Assembly (NCBI GenBank): GCA_030390025.1
Contig: CM059431.1
Span: forward strand, 132,248,001-132,312,000
Source: Squalus acanthias
Lineage: Eukaryota
Reading direction: 5' to 3'
DNA length: 64,000 nt
The notes under the pieces are model-generated. The model saw nothing but the letters and a program-made list of their open reading frames with translations, was not told the DNA's origin and searched no databases. Positions within the stretch are counted from its first letter, which is position 1. Each line of letters opens with the position of its first letter. Position numbers and translations under genes: made by a program. Positions 54,086 to 64,000 of this stretch are shown piece after piece.

Positions 54086-56303
54086 TGTAGCTGGAGTTGA
54101 TGTGAAAATAGTTCATTGCTAAAATTATTTTTTAATAAAGGAAATGTTAATTTATTCATATTAACTCACTGTGACAAGGTTTTAACTAAACAATTATCAC
54201 TATCTAGTGGTTTGGATTAAGACACTTACATCATCATGTAGAGCTCTTGGGTCTGCTAGACAGTTGAATGATTACGTTGTATGTATGAAATACTCTCACA
54301 TGCTTCAGTATTGTTTTTCTGCTTCAGTTCACCCATTGAACAAGCAAACAGTGGGTTCATTATTATGGGCAAAAGGATTAGCCATCCACCCAGTCCATTC
54401 TGATTTAGAAATGAAATTACACAGTGTATATAGACTCAGCACTTCATCAGTGGTGAGACTAGGCATACTAGTCCGTCAAATGGTATATGTAGGCCCCACC
54501 TGGGGTCCAGGCCCAGGGCGCAGCCTAGATCTCCAAAGATCTCAAAACATTTTCAGTGTTATTTCAGCACTCTTTCAAAGAGCAGCATATATTTCAGGGC
54601 TAATGTGGACTGAATTTCTCGTTCTTCTGGGAAAGGTGGGTATTCCAGATGCACCCCTATTCATGTAGGTGCTCGCCATTGCCGTTGTTAATGAAAGGAC
54701 CTCCCGTTGACCCCACACATTTTGTCAGGGTCAGCAGCAGAGGTACCGGCAGGGGAATCTGACACACATGCTGGTATGTGCCCCCCGACCCATGGATTTT
54801 CTGCCCTTTTGGCCTCCAAGGGCTCCCTGTGGGACAGCAGTTGGTCCCCTCTTTGCACCTTTCATGACACTGTAGCCGAGTTACATAACCCACTTCTTGG
54901 GGAAGCAAAGGGCGCAGTCTGTCTGTCATTCCACAGCATGCACTGTTAAAGTACAAATACACAGCACCACTGTACTACCTCTAGTTTACCAGTTTGAAAC
55001 CAGGTAGGTCTGCTATTTAATTCAGTGTTAGGGGCAGCTTTAAAACGTTGCTAATTTGAATCCTGTTATTAAATGGAGTTTATCTCATTTTTTCCTGAAG
55101 GTAATCCCACTGATGAGATTAAAACGTGGAAGCAGGGAAAAGTGAGGCAGCCTGTGGAATAGAAAAATGCTTTGTATTAAACTGAGCTGAACCCAACGAA
55201 CAGGGTTGGAACTAAACTGCCAAAATTTACTGTTTTGTTATTGGAAGGCAAAGTGAAAAGTTGTCTGAGCTCTTAAGTCTCTGCTGCAGTGCTGGGGAAT
55301 TGTTGTCATTTAAAAAATCCAAGCCTCAAGCAAGCAACACTTGGTATTAGGCCGATCCTGTCAAACCAAGTACATTTAAATTCACTCAACCTTTGTAGCT
55401 GGATTTGTACTTAGTCTGACATATAGAATTATACTGGGCTAGATGTTCCACTCATTGACAATGAATTGATAGAATAATGTATTTCTTATAAATTGTTGCA
55501 TTTTGGAATAATTTATTGTAAATAATTATTTTTAGGAATGCCATTTAATTGAACATAATGGCCTAAGTTTTCCGATTGTAGTGTTGATGGTAACCTATTT
55601 AAATGGGCTACCATTGGTTTTACGATTGTTAAATGTATGCCACTGTTAATATTCTACTCTGTAAGGTCTTAATAGCTTACAGATACATATAAAATTGGTA
55701 CGGGAGGTCAAAGAGTGATCTGTGGACTTACCCATGATTGGTTCAGCATACCCCAATAAAATGTATGACCTCTGGATTTTATTTTCCTATAAGTAAATGA
55801 TGTAGTGGATGTACTAACAATTCATTTACAAGAGGTTATTGGGAATAACCTTGGAGTGCTCGGTAATGTTGATCGCTGTTGAATCTTATCAGATCTTGTG
55901 TTTAGAAGAGAAATATAGCTGAGCAGTTGTAGTGCATAACTCTTAAAATTTAACGTTTTGAACTGTGCAAAGACAATTTTGAAACTTCCATCTGCAAAAG
56001 CATAGCACCCGGCTTGTGTGCAAAATTCACTGAGGCACAGCAGAATGAGATGGGTCGGTGGGGAGGGAATAAAGCATTGGTCTTATGAAAATGTTAGTTC
56101 ATTTTATGCTATCAATTCAGAGACATTGAAGAGAATGTGGAGCTGGTGTTTGGGTTTTGAGTGAGAGCTAGCCTTTTCCTAACATTAGAAACACAGTTGC
56201 AACAGTTACCAGTCTTTCTTCCTATTGGTGGAAAGTAGTTGGATGAGCTTCATGGCAGGGATGTGGACCAGAGATTCTGCTTGTGCACTCGCGAGCCCAT
56301 ACT

Positions 56304-56775
56304 GTCAGCCGTGGCTCAGTGGGTAGCACTCTCACCTCTGAGTCAGAAGGTTGTGGGTTCACAGTCCCGCTCCAGGGACTTGAGCACAAAAATCTAGGCC
56401 GACACTTCAGTGCAATACTGAGGGAGTGCTGCACTGTCGGAGGTGCTGTCTTTTGGATGAGACATTAAACCAAGGCCCTGTCTGCTCTCTAAGGTGGACA
56501 TAAAAGATTCCACGGCACTATTTTGAAGAAGAGCAGGGGAGTTATCCCTGGTGTCCTGGCCAATAGTTATCCCTCAATCAACATCACAAAAACAGATTAT
56601 CTGGTCATTATCGCATTGTTGTTTGGGGAAGCTTGCTGTATGCAAATTGGCTGCAGTGATGCCTACATTACAACAATGACTACAATTCAAAAGTACTTCA
56701 TTGGCTGTAAAGTGCTTTGGGATGTCCTGAGGTTGTGAAAGGCGCTATATAAATGGAAGTATTTCTTTTCTTTCT
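56304..56775 (+). mobile_element. tRNA-derived SINE with a Deu domain (SacSINE1/DeuSINE-like), full length
   Basis: A box TGGCTCAGTGGG and a B-box-like GGGTTCACAGTCCC. Deu-domain-like GGTGCTGTCTTTTGGATGAGACATTAAACC. L2-type tail TGTAAAGTGCTTTGGG...GGCGCTATATAAATG. Confidence 0.8.
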
Positions 56776-58018
56776 TTCATATTCATTTTAATGAACAGGA
56801 AAATTGCAGGCACAGCAGCGGAGAAGCCCAGCCATGTTGTTTGTTTTTTAGGTAGAAGTGAACGAGTGATTTCGATGTAAAATCAAAGCTTAGAGACATT
56901 GTGCAGTTTAACAGTGATTTTACTGTGAAATTTTACTCTGAAATTTGGACATAACATGCATTTACATAACAAGTTATTTCCATTACTGTTAGAAATGTTT
57001 GCACTCCTCCTGGATCTCCGATTCTCCATTCAGGCTTGATGCAGCTCTTTAAAAGAATGGGAAAGAGAGAGATAGAACGACAACACATCAACAGATATCA
57101 ACAGGCAAAAGAGTAGACACATGCACACTATGTGTTCCTTTGCACAGCCACTACAGTATAAATGCAGCCTACAGGGTCAGGGCCTGTCCTGATTCCAGTG
57201 TGGACCAGAGTGAGACTCCTTGGGAAGAGGACGTCTCGCTCCACTTCTTTCCAACGTTAGTCAGGGCCAAACTCTGGATATACACTACATAGGTTTAGTG
57301 TCAGTGTAAAGTGCAAACTGCTTCACGCCAACACTAAACTTTTCATTTAAATGCACCCAAAGAGAGAGAGGTTGCTTTGTGGAGTTTAGATATTGTTTAG
57401 AAGAAGAATTTTTCAACTTTCTCATTCCTGGGACTTAATAACAATTTATTCAAAACAAATAATTAATTCACCATAGAGAAGCCGACCCTTTGTGAAATGA
57501 AAAATGCAAAGGGATGTTAAAAGAAAATGGAGAAGACTAAAGGATTAGAGGGAGAAAGCTTATAGATGAGGGATACCTTTTAGTAAGACTTGAAAGGATT
57601 AGATTGATAACGAATGTCTACCTGTATGTGTCTGTAATTGAGACTGATAATTTTCCACCTTCAACTTAGCCGAGCATAAGAATGTAAGAAAAATGTACTT
57701 GTTGTTATATATCAGGCTACTGTGACTTCCTATTTGTAAGACATGAGGTTTGGCTTTATACTCCCTGTTAGCATCAGCGGTATTCCTTGGAGACCTTCAT
57801 GAGTATAATTGGTTGTAACAGAGGGCGATCATATCAAAAGTTCCTGAGCGTAATTGCTTGTGTGATGCCAATGTGTTTATTCCAAGCCCAGATCGCATGT
57901 AGCCAAGAGTAGACAGTACAGTGTGTGTGTGTAAAGAAGCAGAACAGTAAAGGGACTCTTGGGCAGGTACTTAGCTTGCACTCAGTGCCTCATTAGAACA
58001 CTACTGCGTGGACTTAAT

Positions 58019-58769
58019 GGCCTGGATTTTGCATACCCTCAAAGTATGCCATCATACAACCATTGAAATGGACAGCAAGTTCGGGATTTCCACCCATGCG
58101 CTAAATCCCAAACTTGCGATCTGTCACCACTATCATTGGTGGAAAGTAGTTGGATGATTCTAATTGTTAATTGCTGGTGCAGAGTTGGGCTAATTGTCTA
58201 CCAACTGCCCAGCAACTATGCCTGAAAATTTTACGGCTGGTGCAAACAGGCGCAGCAGCCTGTTTGCACAGCGTAAGGGGATACCCGTTAATAAAAAAAT
58301 GTCATTTTGGTGATTTAATGGTTATTAGCTGTCTGCAGACTTTGACACTTAAACAGGATTTAGAAAAAAAATCAGTTCAGCAATGAACAGTATTATATTA
58401 TATGATATTGTTTTATTTTGAGGGCTCCACAACAATCTTACTTCCTCCCTTTTTCCAAACTGGAACCCACTGGCCGTGAACCATCTACAGCCAAGATGGT
58501 AGACAAGTGACTCCCTGGCCCTTCTCCAAAGCCACTCCATTTGAGTCACTGGAAGGTGTACAATCTGATTGGAACACCGGCGCACATGATCCCAGGTACG
58601 TTTCCGCACACGGTGCGCCCCTGGGATCCGTGGGCCACTACACTGCGCTCAACTCTGCAGCGTCTGAAAGCAACTTTTCGTTTGGGGCCTCGCAACAGGT
58701 AAGTGCACATTCGGTTCGGATGCCGGTGGCGTAATCCTTAATTACGCCACCGACCGCAAAATCCCGGCC
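58019..58769. mobile_element. Harbinger-type MITE related to 40445-41195
   Basis: TIRs GGCCTGGATTTTGC / GCAAAATCCCGGCC. Shares internal motifs (GATCTGTCA, TGATCCCAGG, GCGCCCCTGGGATMCGTGGG, CAGGTAAGT). TSD not preserved. Confidence 0.75.
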
Positions 58770-59614
58770 GTTATCTATGTTACATTCAAGCAGACTATGT
58801 TACTGTTCTTTCCAAAAAATGGAATATCTTTAAATCGAATTATGTTTGATATATGTAATTCTGCACCCCAAGGATTTCAGGTTTTAAGTTTTTATGCAGT
58901 TATATAATCAGTTGAAGAGATAAAATTAACTTCAAAGTTGCGTTTGTCATCATCAACAGCGCTTATTCAAGCCATTGCTGTGAGAATGCATCTTTAGATC
59001 TGTTTACCACTGAGAAATTGCTGAACTTCAGCACACTGGATTGTCGTCAAAGCTGACAGTTGAACCAATACTACGGCCGCGATTTTGCCAGTGCTCAGAG
59101 GGCGGATTTGGAGGCGGGTCAGGTGTTAAATTCAAAATGATTGACGGCGGGTTGGGAACCCGCTGCGAACCCGCCTCCACGCCAGTTTCGAAAGTGTCAG
59201 GTCTGCGCCTTCAGACCAGACCTGACACCAAGTGACTGGAGAGGCACTTAAGATAGTTAACAGTTTTTTAACTCCTTGTTAATTGCTATTTTGCCAGGCT
59301 TATTCCATTTTCACACATTTTCAACGTGTTTCACGTCGTTCGGCAAACACGCCAGCTGAGTGTGTCGGGTCTTCCAACGAGCTGAATAGTTCACAGCTGC
59401 AACTGCTGCATAAAACCTAACCTATCACATCAGGTCACTTTCAAATGCCCGAAGTTGCTGAATTCATGATTTGGAGGACACCTTTGAGCTGTATTGAAGT
59501 TGTAAGTGTGTGCTGTGAACTCTATACGCACTGTCACCTCCTCGGAATAAGCTCTCTCCCCACTGACTTACTCCTGATAACATCTCATCCTCAATTGCCA
59601 TATATAACAGCAGA

Positions 59615-60848
59615 ATGGGAACCATTTCTACTCTCTCATCCTGGTCCTCATATTCAGAAGAGGATCATCCATGGCAGCAGCAGAGCCAGGCACAGCAGCA
59701 GCACCAATAACAAGAGCGCCAACCTTCTCCTCAGCCGTCGGATGCTGCACAGGGCGAAGGCCATCAGCGCTGGGCTGGCCCGCGCCGCAGGAGATACCCC
59801 CAACACAGGGTTTACAGGCCGAGGATGAGCTGCCTCAACATGAGTGAGCAGCACTGCCAAAGGAGGCTGAGACTTTCGCGAGAGGTAGTCGTAGACATTT
59901 GCACAATGCTGGACCAAGACTTGCAGCCCAGAGGAGCGGGTGGACACGCCTTACCAATGGCTGTCAAAGTCACCACTGCACTCAACTTCTTTGCGTCAGG
60001 GTCCTTCCAGGGATCAGCAGCAGACATTAGCGGCATCTCCCAGTCGGTCGCCCACAGATGCATCACGCAGGTTACCGATGCCCTCTTTGCAAAGTCCATC
60101 AATTACATCCACTTTTCAACTGATGAAGCCAGTGTTACTGCATGGGCGCTAGACTTTGTCAATCTGGCTGTCTTCCCACGGGTGCAAGGCGTCATCGACT
60201 GCACCCATCTGGCCACCTGGGCACCCCATCACAACCCAGCAGTATTTGTGAACCGCAAGGGCTTCCACTCCCTTAATGTGCAGCTGGTCTGCAACCAAAG
60301 GAAGAGCATCATGCATGTGTGCGCAGAGTACAGCTGCCATGACTCTTATATCCTGCGCCAGTCCACTGTGCCTCAGCTCTTCACACTGCCAACGACCTTT
60401 CCGAATGGCTCCTTGGAGACAAGGGCTATCTCCTGAAGACGTGGCTAATGACGCCGATGAGGAGGCCATCAAACGAGTCTGAGGAGCGCAACAATCAAAG
60501 CCACATTTCCACCAGAAGTGTAATAGATAACACAATAGGGTTGCTCAAAATGCACTTCAGATTCCTGGACAGATCTGGTGGAGCCTACAGTACGCACCAG
60601 CCAGTGTCTCGCGAATCATCGTGGTCTGCTGTGCCCTGTACAACATCGCACTGCAACGGGGATTAGCGCTGCCTGCGGAACAGGTGGCAGAGCGCACAGC
60701 CTCTTCAGAGGAGGAGGAGGAGGAAGAGCCGAATGAGGCTGCAGATGAGGAACTCCTGGAGGAGGCGGCTGACCCAGTGCGACCAGCACGCGAGCACATT
60801 GCTGCCCGTCAGGCAAGGGATGGCCTAATCCATGGCAGATTCAACTAA
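59615..60848 (+). pseudogene. Harbinger transposase of copy C
   Basis: ATG at 59615 is in frame with ORF 59825-60436 (one stop between them). Motifs [39 protein letters not shown]. Frameshifts in the 3' half. Confidence 0.92.
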
Positions 60849-61134
60849 CTTTAGGCATCACAGACATGTGGCTGCCACATGCACATGACAGTTCGCATGA
60901 CCCCACTTCTACATCATAGAGCAGCCCTACAATGAACTGTGTATTCCTAGCTCTTTCACCACCATTGCTTCAGATGAAAGGTGCCCTCACCACTTCCTGT
61001 GCCACTTCCAATTGTGAACACACATAGGGCAACGCATTGAAACATTCACAAGACATTACTTTAATACAATAAAATAAAAGAACACAAACATTACACTGAT
61101 TTATATGAAAGCACCCAAGTGACTACCCTTGTGA

Positions 61135-63016
61135 CTATTTATGCGTTAGCTTTCTCTTATGTGTGCTTCTGCGTGGTGCTCCCCCTGTGGCTTCAGCAGA
61201 TGCAGAGGCAGCCTGCTCACTTCCCTGCTGCACCTGCTTAGACGCCTTTGGTGGTCATTCTCTGGGTCTTGGAGCTTGAGAGGGCCCCGCCAAAGTCTGC
61301 TTTTCCTGGGGCTGTGCAGGGGCAGACTCAGCCATCTCTGTTGGGGGAGGCATCTGGGGCTCTGACCGAGGGGTTGGCAATGGGGTGGTAGTGTGAGTGC
61401 TTGGAGAGGAGCCCCACTTCCATTTCCCCTTCCACCACCATCCCTCTCATGGGCCACCCGCACTTCTCTGCTAGCAAATTTCTGGAGAGCACCTTGCTGC
61501 ACATCAGTGGGGCCATGAGGACCCGTGTCTGTGCTGACATTCCTCATAACAAGGATGCCCATGAACCTCTGGTTTCTGTCCTCGATAGATGCCCATCGAT
61601 CCTCCATAGCTGACCATTGATTTAGAAGTGTTACCATGTTCTCCTGAGTCTGGCGATTTATGTCCTCCATGGAGGTTGCCATCCTTTCCATGGCAGGACC
61701 TACATTTGCCAGTGCCTGCACCATGATGCTGCTCATATTTGAGATGGACTCCTCCATTCTCTGCATACTCGCAGTCACCGTGGTTGCTTACCCAGTCAGA
61801 GCCTCCTGCACTTGTTTCTGAAGCACCAGCATCACTTTCTCTATGGATGGCCCCAGAGGCTCAGCGTCTACATGCAGTTGAGCAGAGCTGGGAGTGTCCT
61901 GCAGCTTCTGATGAGGATGCTCCACTGCTGTCCCTGTCTCCACCATCTGCTTTTGCCCACTAGTGAGTTGTGAGACAGACACCAGGTGACAACACTACTC
62001 TATCTCACGTTGGACCCACAGAGGTGTGCATCTCTGCGCTGGTGCAGGGTGCGCTAATTTCTGCTGACATTGCTCCCTCAGAGGCTGGACAGTAAGGAGG
62101 GGGGGCTCTTGATGGTCCTGTGGGAGAGTAAAGACATGAGTTAGACATGTAATAGGTAGGTTGCAGACACATCCCATTGTGCACATAATTAGCACTCAAT
62201 TTCGAGGAACATCAGATCCTATATGAGTCACTCCTGAATGCCAAATCAGATGTTTGGAAAATAATTCTGTCACCAGGTTGTTCGACTGAGCCCGTCTCTC
62301 CGTCCCCCACTTCAAGCTCCTCAGCACCTCCAACAATGTCTAGAGCTGCCTCCTCAGCATGGGTGAGCTGTGCCACCGATGGTGTTCCTCCTCCTGTTCT
62401 CTCCCTCTCCCTCTTACTGTGGGATCTCTTTTCCTGCACGGTGAGACAGAAGTGCAGTTTTAGTGAACCTGATGGAATGAGTGTAAAGAATGGATAGGAT
62501 AGATGCTCGAGGCAGACTGTGATGGAGTGAGGTGCCAATACCAATTTCCTTCCTTGTGAGTTGTTAGTTGTTGTCATTGTATAACATTGAGAGTTAGTGT
62601 GAGGGGTGCATAGAAAGATGGGGATGTGATTCTGTACATAGGGAGAGAGGGATGGGTGACAGTGCAAGGGATGTTGGGGTGAGTTAGGATGTGCAGGAAT
62701 AGGGTTGGAAATGCTGAGTAATGGGGATGTGAAGACAGGCACAGTAGAATGAAGGTAAGTTTGCTGTTATACTCATTTTTGCTGAACGCAGGAGATCATT
62801 GAACCTCTTTCTACACTGGACCCAGGTGCATGTACAGATAGACCTCACACTCACCTCCTCAGCTATTTGCAGCCAGGCTGCCTTGGTGTGCTGAGGAGGC
62901 TTCCTCCTTCCATCAGAAGGGAACAGTACCTCCTTACGCCCTCTTACTCCCTCCACAAGAACATGGAGGGAGTCATAGTCGAAACGGGGAGCAGCCTTTG
63001 TTCTAGGTGCAGTCAT
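61135..63016 (-). pseudogene. Myb/SANT-like gene of copy C; exons 63016-62777, 62433-62274, 62117-61135
   Basis: Exon 1 (240 bp, same length as in copy A) reads MTAPRTKAAPRFDYDSLHVLVEGV...AWLQIAEEVS...TWVQCRKRFNDL. The donor is mutated to ATGAGT. Exon 2 reads EKRSHSKRERERTGGG. Exon 3 is frameshifted and ends in a basic tail (RRSTHKRKLTHK*). Confidence 0.87.
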
Positions 63017-64000
63017 CTCGGCAAACAGCAGCACTCCGGAGCATCAAAATGTAATTGAAAGCCAAAGGGGACACGGCCCCCTTAAATACAGCAGCTTCAA
63101 ATGCGTCATCACAGGCGAGCAGCAGACCCACACACACTGATTGGGCCGGGTAACGCGCACAGCGGGTTTAATAAGCCCAATCTACTCAAAAATCGTTAGC
63201 GCAGAGCGGATGGAACCGGGAGCGGGTCCGGAACCCGCCAAACACCTAACCTGACGTCTGTTCCACTTTTTTCCACAATTACAGGAAAGTGTTTTGTACA
63301 ATTGACAGAAGCTATGAACAGCTTGGCCATCAAACCAGAATAACTATGAATAACCAGCAAGATGCTTTGAGTCATACCTAATTACTGTTGCACCCAGACA
63401 TTTACTGAAAAGCACGATCGCTTTGGTAACATCTCCCGATGACTGTGAGGCATTGCAGAGTTTATGTCAGTCACCCTTTTAATGGGGAATGGCCCCTGTG
63501 AACGGAATTTCAATTTTTAAACGTTTCCTGGTGCTCAGTGAAAGCATAAATGTGAACTGGTTGTGGATAACTTGAAACAATTAGCCGTTATTTCTGGTTC
63601 ACTTAGGTTGGCACACAAGACAGGAACATGTTCGTGACTGCTGACTAGTCTAATGAAGTTCACATCTGTACAGTTTGACACAGGGGTGCATTTTTCCACT
63701 TCCAAAATCTGCTAGTGACAGCTTTATTCTTTGATGAGTCAAAATGGCCAGACGATCAGAGGTGCAGAGCTGAAGAACAAGACCCCAGACTCTCTTTAGT
63801 GACGTATTGAAGAAAAGTTTCCACAGACCTTCAGATTCCACAGCTTATTAATTAGACTGACAGAACCACCTGTCCTTCTACCCTAGAACAAGTACAAGTG
63901 ATGTAATGGGAATAAGGTATTGATGTCTGTCTATGGGTTATGTGCGTTACTTCAGATTCTTCTACAAAGAATACAATCAAGACCATTATAGTAAATGTTT

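Larger units (their letters stand above)
59075..63255 (+). mobile_element. Harbinger copy C (sister subfamily), near full length, extreme right TIR missing
   Basis: Left end GGCCGCGATTTTGC at 59075. Transposase (+) and three-exon Myb gene (-) as in copy A. The right subterminal region aligns to copy A but stops before the TIR. Confidence 0.88.

Noticed and set aside
54207..54962. ORFs of 80-153 aa in unique-looking DNA
   Set aside because: No recognisable motifs, no splice context and non-ATG starts; expected by chance.
56304..56380. tRNA gene
   Set aside because: It is the head of a SINE and continues directly into the SINE body and tail.

Overview
Vertebrate genomic DNA, most likely from a cartilaginous fish (shark), inferred from the CR1/L2 LINE families and a SacSINE1-like DeuSINE. 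The window lies inside the glypican-6 (GPC6) gene on the + strand. Two coding exons are visible (4830-4960 and 8369-8512), followed by an intron of more than 55 kb with no further exon recognised. The intron is a dense, nested archive of transposable elements. It holds three copies of an autonomous-type PIF/Harbinger DNA transposon (DDE transposase plus a convergent, three-exon Myb/SANT-like gene). One copy is complete, with perfect 15-bp TIRs and a 3-bp TSD. There are also older Harbinger relics, Harbinger-type and hAT-type MITEs, two solo LTRs with 4-bp TSDs, many CR1/L2 fragments and a DeuSINE. The most unusual structure is a 706-bp Penelope-like (GIY-YIG) insertion that forms a near-perfect 201-bp inverted repeat, with a hammerhead-ribozyme-like core in each arm. 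All TE reading frames seen are disrupted. No prokaryote-type system (CRISPR, operon) is present.
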